A stretch of DNA of 53,011 bases, from NCBI GenBank assembly GCA_037441775.1, contig JBBIRO010000014.1:1-53011 (forward strand), read 5' to 3'. Under the pieces are notes generated by a model. The model was not told the origin of the DNA, made no database searches, and saw only the letters and a program-made list of their open reading frames with translations. This document shows positions 40,309 to 51,516 of this stretch, one piece after another. The position numbers were made by a program, and so were the translations under genes. Source of the DNA: Syntrophobacterales bacterium. GTDB lineage: Bacteria > Desulfobacterota > Syntrophia > Syntrophales > CAMTWB01. The stretch's first letter is position 1. Each line of letters begins with the position of its first letter.

Positions 40309-41712
40309 ATGGAATACGCGAACATATATAGCGGTTTGGCCTTGATTGCCGACCCCATATACCGGTACGCTTCCTTCACGGTTCCCCGGGGGGAAGGCCC
40401 ATCGGAGGCAACAGAGAAGGATCTTCTGGACTCCCCATGGCTACAAAGGCTCCGTCGCATCTACCAGCTGCAGAGCGCGCGGTGGGTGTATCCAGCGGCC
40501 GAGCACAGCCGTTTTCAGCACTCACTGGGGACGATGCACATGGCCGGAGAATTTGGCCGGCACCTCTATCCGTCTCTCAAACAAGTCTGCCCTGACCTCC
40601 CATCGCCAAATTATGTCGAAGAGCTGCTCCGGGTTGCCGGGCTGCTCCATGATGTGGGCCATGGACCATATGGCCATTTTTTCGATGATAACTATCTCGA
40701 CCACTTCCAGATCACCCACGAAGATTTGGGAATGGCGATAATTACGGAAAAGCTGGCGGACGTTATCCGGGCCATCAGGAGAAGTCCCAGCGGCAAGTTC
40801 GCCGCTGGGGAGGAATTTGATCCGGCGCAGGTATCATTTTTAATCAGAAAACCCGCCGCAAGCGACAAGCGGCGGCCGAAATGGCTGAAATTCCTCCGCC
40901 AGTTGTTTTCCGGCATTTTCACCGTGGACAATCTGGATTATGTCCAAAGAGACGCCTTCATGACTGGTTTTTCCCTGGATATTGTGGATATCGCCCGGCT
41001 CCGTTTCTACAGCTTCTTCACCAGGGATGGATTGGCCCTTCACCAGACAGGTATTTCCGCCCTAAGCCGGTTTCTCAACGCCAGAATAAATCTCTATACT
41101 AATGTTTATTTTCACCGCACCACCAGGGCGCTAGACATTCATCTACAGGAAATATTCCGCGAGACAATGAATCTTGTTCTCTTAGGTTCGCCACTCGATG
41201 ATTTAGATGGTTATCTGGCGTTTGACGAATGGTTTCTCTACCATAAGGTGCAGGAATGGTCGCAGGAAGATGATCCGGTAAAAAGAGATTTAGGAAGGGA
41301 ATGGTGCAATCTTCATCGGAGAGAAGTAAAGTGGAAAATGGCTTTTTCCACAGAGATATCGATCGACCAGATTCACCGGGGGGCGAGATTTCTCAAGGCG
41401 TCCGATTACGAAAATCACATTAGAGAATATTTGCCGGCGAAATTTAGAAGCATCAATTTTGTAGTGGACATGGCCACCCAGGACCCTCGCCCTTTAAATC
41501 CGATGGCGGAAGTTGACAAAAGGGTGAGCATCTACAATCCCAACACCGGCGTTACTTCACTGGAGCCGCTGATTGAAATCTACCGCTTCATTCCGGCCCG
41601 GGTCGTTCATTTTCGCGTATTTTCGCAAAATCACCAGCAAGATGGAGTGCTTTCTCAGGCAGCCGAGCGCGCTCTCGGCGCCTTGGATAGACCTGAGAAG
41701 ACAAATATATGA
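40309..41712 (+). CDS. HD-domain phosphohydrolase, SAMHD1/dNTP triphosphohydrolase-like
   Basis: DPI, QRLRRIYQL, HSRFQHSLG, LLHDVGHGPYGH, HE, DNLDYVQRD and VYFH; metal ligands intact. Confidence 0.88.
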   Translation: MEYANIYSGLALIADPIYRYASFTVPRGEGPSEATEKDLLDSPWLQRLRRIYQLQSARWVYPAAEHSRFQHSLGTMHMAGEFGRHLYPSLKQVCPDLPSPNYVEELLRVAGLLHDVGHGPYGHFFDDNYLDHFQITHEDLGMAIITEKLADVIRAIRRSPSGKFAAGEEFDPAQVSFLIRKPAASDKRRPKWLKFLRQLFSGIFTVDNLDYVQRDAFMTGFSLDIVDIARLRFYSFFTRDGLALHQTGISALSRFLNARINLYTNVYFHRTTRALDIHLQEIFRETMNLVLLGSPLDDLDGYLAFDEWFLYHKVQEWSQEDDPVKRDLGREWCNLHRREVKWKMAFSTEISIDQIHRGARFLKASDYENHIREYLPAKFRSINFVVDMATQDPRPLNPMAEVDKRVSIYNPNTGVTSLEPLIEIYRFIPARVVHFRVFSQNHQQDGVLSQAAERALGALDRPEKTNI

Positions 41713-43757
41713 ACGAGATCAATGAAACAACCGACCTGACTCTGTTTGTGCGCACCTCCGGCGCTGAGTCCGCCCCCTGGAATCGGCAGCGCATTGTCGA
41801 TGCCCTGTTAAGGGAAACCGGCATTGATTATCTGACTGCCGAGGCGGTAAGCAAAGAAGTTGAGAAACAGATCATGGCCTCCGGCTTGACCAGGCTAACC
41901 ACCACGCTGGTACGCGAGCTGGTGGATGCCCGGCTGGTAGAACGAGGTATGGAACAGGCCAGGGGGATGCACTCCACCTTAGGTTTTCCAATGTTTGACG
42001 TACGGCAACTGCTGCTGCACGAAAACAAGGAAAACGCCAATGTTCCCCATGGCCCGGAGGGTACTAATCTGATTTTGGCGGAAGGAATAAAGCGTGAGTA
42101 CGCTCTGCATGATGTTTTCAGCCAGGATATTTGTGACGCCCATATCAGGGGTGATTTGCACCTTCACGGGCTGGGATACATTGATCGCCCTTACAGCGCC
42201 GCCGGTAACAGCCTGGAGTATCTAAAGCGATTTGGCCTTGACCTGCCCCATGCCCTTACGGTTGCGCACCCGGCCAGGCACGCGGAGGTTCTTTTGGCCC
42301 ATATGGTAAGGTTCAGTGCAGTTCTCCAGGGGCATTTCGGCGGACTCATCTCTTGGAATATGGTGAACATTTCCTTTGCTCCTTATATATCCGGCCTTTC
42401 CGATCGGGAGGTCGAACAGTTCGCCCAGATGCTGATTTACGAGTTTTCCCAATTGACTTCCACCCGCGGCGGTCAGGCCCTGTTCACAGACATTCATCTC
42501 TACTGGCACCTGCCCCAGGGAGTAGCCTGTATGCCGGCGATTGGGCCTGGCGGGGTATACACCGGCAAGACCTACGGCGACTATCAGGCAGAGGCCAGGA
42601 GTCTGGCCCGGGCGATTTTCATGGTGTTTCGTGCCGGCGACGCCCGGGGGCGCCCCTTTATATTTCCCCAGCCCGTAGTGCATATCACGGATGAGTTTTT
42701 TGCTGCCGACGGAGCCGATGAATTCCTGCGCTTGATTTGCCAGGTTGCCTTGGAAAAAGGCAATACTTGTTTTGTCTTTGACCGCTCCCGCGAAAACCTG
42801 CCTGGCGCTGATTTAGCCCGTCAAGAAGGAAACAGTAAATATTGGGATGTCAGGCAGGCGACGATCCATAACGTGACGATCAATCTGCCGCGCCTTGGTT
42901 ACCGGGCGCAGGGAGACGAGAAGCGTTTTTTTTCCTTGCTTGACGAACAGATGCAACTTGCTGTCCGCGCCCACATCAATAAAAGGACATTTATTGAGCG
43001 ACTGCTGGCCTTTGGTGATATGGGCCCGCTTGCGGTCTTGGCCATGAAACAAGATGGCCGCCCCTATCTCCAACTGGAAAATGCCCGTTACTTTATCGGT
43101 CTGGTCGGACTTAATGAGCTTGTTGAGATTATGAGCGGCCGGGGGTTGGATGATGACAGCCGGGGGATGACTCTTGGCCTGAAGGTAGTAGCCTACATGT
43201 CCCAGAAACTGGATATGCTGAGCCGTAACATGGAGCTGCCCCTCTCCCTGGTTCAAACCGAAGCGGAGACAACTGCCTACCGCTTTGCCCGGCTCGATCT
43301 TAAATATTTTTCCCCTGCGGCTGGTAAGTTCGTTCGCGGGGATATCGCCTCGGGCGGGATGTACTATTCGAATTCCACCCATTTGCCGGTTTCGGCCGCG
43401 GTATCATTTTTTACACGAGTGGAGATGGAAGGGAGGTTCCACCCTTATTTAGATGGCAAGCCAACTTGTATTCTCTATACCGGCGATCAACCGCCGCCGG
43501 TTGAAGTCGCTGCCGATTTCATCAAGAGGGCTTTGCTGGAAACCGGAGTGGTAAGCCTGGTATTCTCGCCCGAATTCACCATCTGTCCCGCCTGCGGCAA
43601 GACAGGAAGAGGATTGCAGGCCTTGTGCACTGCCTGTGACTCAAGATCGGTTGACGGAATCGCCCGGATTACCCACTACCTGAGCCGTATCTCCGGATGG
43701 AACAAAGGGAAACTGTCCGAGTTGAAAGACCGCAACCGGCAGATGTCGTTTTTTTAG
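41709..43757 (+). CDS. Class III ribonucleotide reductase (NrdD) homologue, predicted catalytically inactive
   Basis: ATP cone, KENAN, GDLHLH, RGGQ, TINLPR, GLNE, AETTAYRFARLD, YYSNSTH, CPAC..CTAC and WNKGK; the glycyl motif reads RITHY and the catalytic Cys residues are not evident. Confidence 0.85.
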   Translation: MNEINETTDLTLFVRTSGAESAPWNRQRIVDALLRETGIDYLTAEAVSKEVEKQIMASGLTRLTTTLVRELVDARLVERGMEQARGMHSTLGFPMFDVRQLLLHENKENANVPHGPEGTNLILAEGIKREYALHDVFSQDICDAHIRGDLHLHGLGYIDRPYSAAGNSLEYLKRFGLDLPHALTVAHPARHAEVLLAHMVRFSAVLQGHFGGLISWNMVNISFAPYISGLSDREVEQFAQMLIYEFSQLTSTRGGQALFTDIHLYWHLPQGVACMPAIGPGGVYTGKTYGDYQAEARSLARAIFMVFRAGDARGRPFIFPQPVVHITDEFFAADGADEFLRLICQVALEKGNTCFVFDRSRENLPGADLARQEGNSKYWDVRQATIHNVTINLPRLGYRAQGDEKRFFSLLDEQMQLAVRAHINKRTFIERLLAFGDMGPLAVLAMKQDGRPYLQLENARYFIGLVGLNELVEIMSGRGLDDDSRGMTLGLKVVAYMSQKLDMLSRNMELPLSLVQTEAETTAYRFARLDLKYFSPAAGKFVRGDIASGGMYYSNSTHLPVSAAVSFFTRVEMEGRFHPYLDGKPTCILYTGDQPPPVEVAADFIKRALLETGVVSLVFSPEFTICPACGKTGRGLQALCTACDSRSVDGIARITHYLSRISGWNKGKLSELKDRNRQMSFF

Positions 43758-43778
43758 AAATGAGCGGATCCGGGGGGA

Positions 43779-43808
43779 GGCCATTGCCAGGCTGTCCCGG
43801 CAATGGCC
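43779..43808. terminator. Hairpin between convergent nrdD-like and AOR genes
   Basis: GGCCATTGCC / GGCAATGGCC 10-bp stem; no U-tract. Confidence 0.5.
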
Positions 43809-43817
43809 AGACTTGCT

Positions 43818-45587
43818 TCACGGCGGGGTTTCGCCCGGAAATATCTCTTCTTTGGCAGCGGCAATTGCCCTGCGGAGATAATCTTCGTCCACCATGCCGA
43901 ATGGTCCGGGAGTCTCCAGTATCCGTTTAGGGATGCGGAGATTCTCAAATGAGAAACCTTCACGGATCTTGAATTCAAACTTGGCCCGATGTATTTCTTT
44001 TCCGATGCGGTCCAGTTCCGAAGGCGGGATATCAAAGCCGGCCACAGCCAGAGCTTTTGAGACCAGTTCCGGGGTGTAGATGCCGCGGGCGAAGAAGCAG
44101 ACCACCAGAGAAGATAGGATCTGACGCCACCTTTCCTCTTTGATCAGCTCTGTTATCATCTCCCCCGCCTCTGGTATCCGTTTGGGGAGAACCTTCTGAT
44201 CATAGCTGTAACCGCCGTTATCAAGGTGGCTATGGCGCGCGCCAATGAGAACCCCGACATGGGCGGCGGGTCCGGTATGATAACCGGGCATTTCGTTTCC
44301 GGCAAAAGAGAGGGCAAAATCCGCACCGCCGTATTTTAGAATGGTGTATTCAAGACCCCTTGACAGAGCTTTATATAGATCATTTTTCTGCTTGACGATT
44401 TTTTCCAGCGCAAGCATGTAGGTTTCATAATCACCCCAAACAAGCTTCAGGCCCAAATCCGCTTCGGATATAAGGCCTCTCTCCAGGGCTTCAGTAGCCC
44501 AGGCGAGGACAACCCCGGCGCTCATGGCATCAAAGGCCCACTTCTCCACCCACTCGATTAATTTTAGGAGCCCTTTGGGATCGGCAATGCCAAGCATCGA
44601 TCCAAGCGCATATATCGGTTCGTAATCGTAAGAAATCATGGATGTCTTATAGAAATATGCCTCATCCACATATGGTTCCCTCAAAGCGGCAATGTGAATG
44701 CAGCCTACCGGGCAATGGGAACAGGCCAGCCGTCGCCCCAGGAAGTGCTCAGCCAACTGCTCGCCCGAGATGGCGGCGGCATTTTCCATGCTGGTGGCAG
44801 TCAGATTTTTTGTTGGCAGTCCCCCCATTGCATTTAAGGGAGCTATGTTTTCCGCCGTTCCCAGGTCGTGGTATTTTTTCATCACCGTGGAAGTGACGGC
44901 GGCCTGGTAAATGCTGTCGTATGTTTCCCGATAGGCCTTTTTATTGCTTATTGGCAATGAATGGTTTCCGGATATAACCACTGCCTTGAGTTTTTTGCTA
45001 CCAAACACCGCTCCCAGGCCCAGGCGTCCAAAATGGCGGTAGGTCTCGGTGGTCACACAGGCGTAGGATACCAGGTTTTCCCCCGCACCGCCGATCCTCA
45101 TAATGGTCCTAATGCCCGCGCCCTTTTCGTTTTCCCGGATAATTCTTCCCACAGTAAAACTGCTGACCATGCCCCAAAGGGATGAGGCATCACGAAATGA
45201 AACCCCGTTGCTGTGAATAGCCAGGTAAATCGGCGTTGCGCTTTCTCCCTTGATCACGATTGCCCCGAAACCGGCGCAGCGGATCGCAATGGCGCTCCGG
45301 CCGCCGCAGTGGCTTTCTCCAAGATTTCCGGTCAAGGGGGACTTAAACATGGCGACGGTCTTTGAGGCTAAAGGGAATAAGGCGGTTAGCGGCCCAACCG
45401 CCATGATTATAGGGTTTTCGGGACTTAAGGGGTCGGCGTTTGGCGGGCATTCCTCCGCGATAAGCTGTGCCGCCACTCCGGCGCCGCCAAGGTACCGGGA
45501 GAATAGATCCTCACGACGCACCGTCCGGAAGCGTTTTTTTGTGAGATCAACGTAAAGCACATTGGCCAGGGAGTCGGCGGCGATCAT
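43818..45587 (-). CDS. Aldehyde:ferredoxin oxidoreductase family (tungstopterin) protein
   Basis: YLGGAG, KSPLTG, GRLGLGAVFGSKKLKA, CSHCPVGC, DYEPI, DAMSAG; ATG at 45587 overlaps the upstream stop. Confidence 0.9.
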   Translation of the reverse strand: MIAADSLANVLYVDLTKKRFRTVRREDLFSRYLGGAGVAAQLIAEECPPNADPLSPENPIIMAVGPLTALFPLASKTVAMFKSPLTGNLGESHCGGRSAIAIRCAGFGAIVIKGESATPIYLAIHSNGVSFRDASSLWGMVSSFTVGRIIRENEKGAGIRTIMRIGGAGENLVSYACVTTETYRHFGRLGLGAVFGSKKLKAVVISGNHSLPISNKKAYRETYDSIYQAAVTSTVMKKYHDLGTAENIAPLNAMGGLPTKNLTATSMENAAAISGEQLAEHFLGRRLACSHCPVGCIHIAALREPYVDEAYFYKTSMISYDYEPIYALGSMLGIADPKGLLKLIEWVEKWAFDAMSAGVVLAWATEALERGLISEADLGLKLVWGDYETYMLALEKIVKQKNDLYKALSRGLEYTILKYGGADFALSFAGNEMPGYHTGPAAHVGVLIGARHSHLDNGGYSYDQKVLPKRIPEAGEMITELIKEERWRQILSSLVVCFFARGIYTPELVSKALAVAGFDIPPSELDRIGKEIHRAKFEFKIREGFSFENLRIPKRILETPGPFGMVDEDYLRRAIAAAKEEIFPGETPP

Positions 45588-45991
45588 TGTTTTACCTCCT
45601 TTTCTTCCATCCCGATAACGCCGTGGGGGCAAAAATTGCTGCAAACGCCGCAGTGGATGCAAATCATCGGCTTGTTAATTTCATCAGCCCAGAAGATGGC
45701 CTTAATAAGGCAGGCATTCCGGCAGTTACCGCAACCCAGGCACTTGTCCAAATCGAGTATTACGCCGCCCCCTTTGCGCAACCGCAAAGCGTCCGTGGGG
45801 CAAACCTTGAGGCAAGGCGGGTCATCGCAGGCCCTGCATACCACTACGGTGAAACCCTTTTCCATTCCGCCGACGGAATGAACTCCAATGCAGGTTTTCG
45901 CAAGACCGCCCTCTCCTTGGCGACGATTGCAGGCAAACATGCAGCTCTGACAGCCAACACAGCGATCCGTGTCTTTTATTGAAATCCTCAT
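45584..45991 (-). CDS. 4Fe-4S dicluster protein, AOR small subunit
   Basis: Four Cys clusters: CVGCQSCMFAC, CRACDDPPCLKVCP, CLGCGNCRNAC, CIHCGVCSNFCP. Confidence 0.9.
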   Translation of the reverse strand: MRISIKDTDRCVGCQSCMFACNRRQGEGGLAKTCIGVHSVGGMEKGFTVVVCRACDDPPCLKVCPTDALRLRKGGGVILDLDKCLGCGNCRNACLIKAIFWADEINKPMICIHCGVCSNFCPHGVIGMEEKEVKQ

Positions 45992-46083
45992 TTATCCTTC
46001 TCCGGTAGTTAATCTTGAAAGATGCTGCTTCTGTCTTTTTGATTATCCTGCGCATTAATACAAAATCATCAAATTATTTTCAA

Positions 46084-48229
<2,146 letters not shown>

Positions 48230-48302
48230 GCTTCCGGGGTGAATATTTTTTCGCCCCGGCATTCTTGAACATCCTGCGGCCTATCTGCCTGAGTACTTAC
48301 AG

Positions 48303-49142
48303 ATGCTTTTGCCCCCTCCCAAATTAAGGCTTTTTGTCGTCGCGATTCTGATAGCGCTATCCTTAAGTGTTTTCCTCTACCGCGTCCTTCGCCCTCTCGA
48401 AACCAGTATATTTACAAAGGTGACTCGTGAAGTTGTTTTACCAGTGCAATACCTGCTCCGGGCATCCCTGATAAACCTTGTAAATACATGGAAAAGATAT
48501 ATCTTCTTGATTGGCCGTGAAGAAGAGAATATGCGGTTAAGAGAAGAGAACGCCCATCTCAGGGATCAAGTTGTCAGTCTGACCAGCCAAAAAAGGGAGT
48601 ATCAACTTGAAGCTCAGCGTTTACATAAACTCTTGGCCATGAATATTCCGACTGAACACAGAGGAATAATAGTTCGGGTGATCAGCAGGGTGCAATCACC
48701 CTTGTCAAGGCATATTTTTATTGATCAGGGGTCGGAGCGGGGAATTAAGGTGGGCATGCCAGTGGTAACGGAAGCCGGTCTTGCGGGTAGGATCACGGAA
48801 ACATCACAAAATCTATCCAAGGTTATGCTGATAACTGATAGACTCAGTCGAGTTGATGTCGTGACCCAGGACGCGAGGTTAAGCGGAATTCTGCAAGGAA
48901 CAGGGTCAGCTGACTGCCTGTTGAAGTATATCGCCCGTGACGAAGCGGTTAATGAAGGAGATTTGGTGCTCACATCAAGATTAAGCAATTTTTTTCCCCA
49001 TGGCCTGCCTGTGGGCCGGATCAGTCGCCTGGGAACATCCCAAAGCGATATGTTCAAGGAGATTTACGTTCGGCCGGTGGTTGATCTGGCCAGGCTGGAA
49101 GAGGTTGTGGTGCTTGTGCCCGTAAAAGGGACCCAAAAATAA
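48303..49142 (+). CDS. mreC: Rod shape-determining protein MreC
   Basis: TM plus coiled coil, IDQG..GIKVGMPV, FPHGLPVG; synteny. Confidence 0.93.
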   Translation: MLLPPPKLRLFVVAILIALSLSVFLYRVLRPLETSIFTKVTREVVLPVQYLLRASLINLVNTWKRYIFLIGREEENMRLREENAHLRDQVVSLTSQKREYQLEAQRLHKLLAMNIPTEHRGIIVRVISRVQSPLSRHIFIDQGSERGIKVGMPVVTEAGLAGRITETSQNLSKVMLITDRLSRVDVVTQDARLSGILQGTGSADCLLKYIARDEAVNEGDLVLTSRLSNFFPHGLPVGRISRLGTSQSDMFKEIYVRPVVDLARLEEVVVLVPVKGTQK

Positions 49143-49154
49143 CGACTGCATAAA

Positions 49155-49649
49155 ATGAAATACGTTCTTGTGGCCATTTATGCCCTGTTAGTGATCCTGC
49201 TCCAATTGTCATTTTGGGAAATAGTTGGATCGGAGAATAGACATCTGGAATTTTCTCTGCTTTTGGTGATCTATGCCGGCCTTAGAATGAATCCCGTCCT
49301 AGGGGGAGTTTTAAGTTATCTTCTGGGTTATTTCTTCGATGCCCTGGCGGGAGGAGTGCCGGGGTTGTACGGGCTGATTTATGTGCTTATCTTTTCGGCC
49401 TCCCTGTTTGCCTCACGGGCGACGGCAGTTAGCAGCAGCCCGTTTATTATGCTCTTAGTTTTTTTTGTTGTGCTGTGCAAGGAATTCCTGGTTCTGGCGT
49501 ACTTAATTTTGGTCAATGATCCGGTCATCTGGGAAGATATGTGGCTTATGCTTTTGCTACAGGCCGCGATCCTTGCTTTATTGAGCCCTTCTTTTTTTCG
49601 CCTCTTTGCCCGTTGCGAGGTCATCTTAAGCCGTGAGCGACAGCGATAA
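49155..49649 (+). CDS. mreD: Rod shape-determining protein MreD
   Basis: Hydrophobic 164 aa protein with GYFFD; position between mreC and mrdA. Confidence 0.85.
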   Translation: MKYVLVAIYALLVILLQLSFWEIVGSENRHLEFSLLLVIYAGLRMNPVLGGVLSYLLGYFFDALAGGVPGLYGLIYVLIFSASLFASRATAVSSSPFIMLLVFFVVLCKEFLVLAYLILVNDPVIWEDMWLMLLLQAAILALLSPSFFRLFARCEVILSRERQR

Positions 49650-51516
49650 ACTTAAAATTACCAACCCGAGTCTGTTGCGACGTAAAATCAATTATGCGGT
49701 GATAATAATTTTTCTGTCGTTTACGTTGTTAGTTGTTCGACTTGCATACCTTCAACTTTACAAGGGTAATGAGCTTGGGCTGAGATCGGAAACAAACAGC
49801 ATTCGCCTGCGCAAGATTACGTCTCCCCGGGGCCTAATCATGGATAACAGCGGCCGGATCATTGCGGAAAATATCCCTTCGTTTCACGCGTATTATGTTC
49901 CCAATCGCACCAGATCATACCAGCAGATTAAAGATGATTTCGTTCGAATTTACCGGGAAAGATCTCTTGAAATTCCCCGGGAAATTCTAAAGACTTCGCT
50001 TGCGCCGCCTTTTGTAACGCAACGGCTGGACAGCCTCTTGAGCAGACACAAACTTGCTGTTATTGAGACAAATTCCCACCTCCTTCCTGGTGTTTTTATT
50101 GACGTTGTTCCGGTGCGGAGGTATCCATATGGGGAAACTATTGCCCATGTGATCGGTTATGTGGGAGAAATCAGCAGGGAAGAACTGACAAGTGATATCT
50201 CAGGTCACTACAGTAGTGGCGACTTTTTAGGCAAGTTTGGGCTCGAAAAGGAACTGGAAGATTTTTTAAGGGGACAATCCGGCGCTGAGCAGGCGGAAGT
50301 GAATGCCGTTGGCAGGGAAGTCCGGGTTCTCGAAAAATTGGAGCCAATAGTTGGATATAATGTCGTTTTGACGATTGATATGTCTTTGCAGCAGGCAGTT
50401 TCTGGTGCCATGAATGGAAAGGCCGGCGCAGTTGTAGTGATGGATCCCCGAAATGGCGACATTTTAGCGATGGTAAGCTCACCCTCTTTTGATCCCAATT
50501 TGTTCAGTCAAGGTATCTCAACCCAGGACTGGCGTAAATTGGCGTCGGATCCATTACATCCTTTAAAAAACAGGGCCATATCGGGGCAATATCCTCCGGC
50601 TTCAACATACAAGGTTATTTTAGCGGCGGCGGCTCTTGAAGAGGGTCTATTAACCCCGGATACCGTTTATAATTGCAATGGCGAATACGAAATTGGGAAC
50701 AGGAAATTCCGCTGCTGGCGCAGTGATGGGCATGGACGGGTAAATATGCACCGGGCAATTGTTGAGTCTTGTGACGTTTATTTCTATAATCTGGGTAAGC
50801 TTATCGGCGTTGACATGATGGCTCAGTATGCTCAATACTTCGGTCTGGGACAGAAGACCGGCATCGGGTTGCCGCAGGAAAGAAAAGGTCTGATCCCGAC
50901 TAAAAACTGGAAAAAGGATAGGTTCAAGGCGCCGTGGCATCTTGGTGAAACCATTTCTATTTCTATCGGGCAGGGGTACAATCTGACCACACCTCTTCAA
51001 CTGGCCAATCTTTATGCCGCCCTGGCCAACGATGGTAAGCTCTACCGTCCTCGCATTGTAAAAAAAATTCTCCATACTGATGGCCGCGCTTACAGGGAGT
51101 ATCAACCTGAGCTTTTGTCACAAATACCGATTAGCGCTAAGACAATCCGAGTAATTAACCAGGCCCTTTGGGGCGTGGTTAATGAGCAGGGCGGTACTGC
51201 CGCCGCGGCCAGAAGGCATGAGAAGGATTTAAGCGGCAAAACTGGAACAGCTCAGGTCGTAGGGATCCCCCGTACGGGCGAGACACTTAAGTATCACGCC
51301 AGCGGCCGGCGACTTAAGGATCACGCCATTTTTGTCGGTTTTGCTCCCGCCGATAGACCGGAAATATTGGTAAGCGTTCTGATAGAACACGCCGGAGCAG
51401 GAGGAGGGGCAGTAGCCGCCCCGATCGCGAAAAAAATCGTGGATGCCTATTTTTCAATGAACCAGAAGAACAAGCAGCCGTCCAGGGAACTTACGGCCAA
51501 AGCAGGTAACAGATGA
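49633..51516 (+). CDS. mrdA: Penicillin-binding protein 2
   Basis: STYK (SxxK), SCD (SxD) and KTGT motifs. Confidence 0.95.
   Translation: MSDSDKLKITNPSLLRRKINYAVIIIFLSFTLLVVRLAYLQLYKGNELGLRSETNSIRLRKITSPRGLIMDNSGRIIAENIPSFHAYYVPNRTRSYQQIKDDFVRIYRERSLEIPREILKTSLAPPFVTQRLDSLLSRHKLAVIETNSHLLPGVFIDVVPVRRYPYGETIAHVIGYVGEISREELTSDISGHYSSGDFLGKFGLEKELEDFLRGQSGAEQAEVNAVGREVRVLEKLEPIVGYNVVLTIDMSLQQAVSGAMNGKAGAVVVMDPRNGDILAMVSSPSFDPNLFSQGISTQDWRKLASDPLHPLKNRAISGQYPPASTYKVILAAAALEEGLLTPDTVYNCNGEYEIGNRKFRCWRSDGHGRVNMHRAIVESCDVYFYNLGKLIGVDMMAQYAQYFGLGQKTGIGLPQERKGLIPTKNWKKDRFKAPWHLGETISISIGQGYNLTTPLQLANLYAALANDGKLYRPRIVKKILHTDGRAYREYQPELLSQIPISAKTIRVINQALWGVVNEQGGTAAAARRHEKDLSGKTGTAQVVGIPRTGETLKYHASGRRLKDHAIFVGFAPADRPEILVSVLIEHAGAGGGAVAAPIAKKIVDAYFSMNQKNKQPSRELTAKAGNR

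Noticed and set aside
40140-40335. NrdR box upstream of the HD/nrdD-like operon
   Set aside because: AT-rich candidates (TACTATAGATAT, AACATATATAGC) do not fit the spacing of the acaCwAtATaTwGtgt consensus
41709-43757. Functional nrdD call
   Set aside because: The glycyl-radical Gly is His, no finger-loop Cys is evident and no nrdG is adjacent, so the gene symbol is withheld
48234-48259. Terminator between mreB and mreC
   Set aside because: GC hairpin without a U-tract inside a conserved operon; more likely an mRNA stability element
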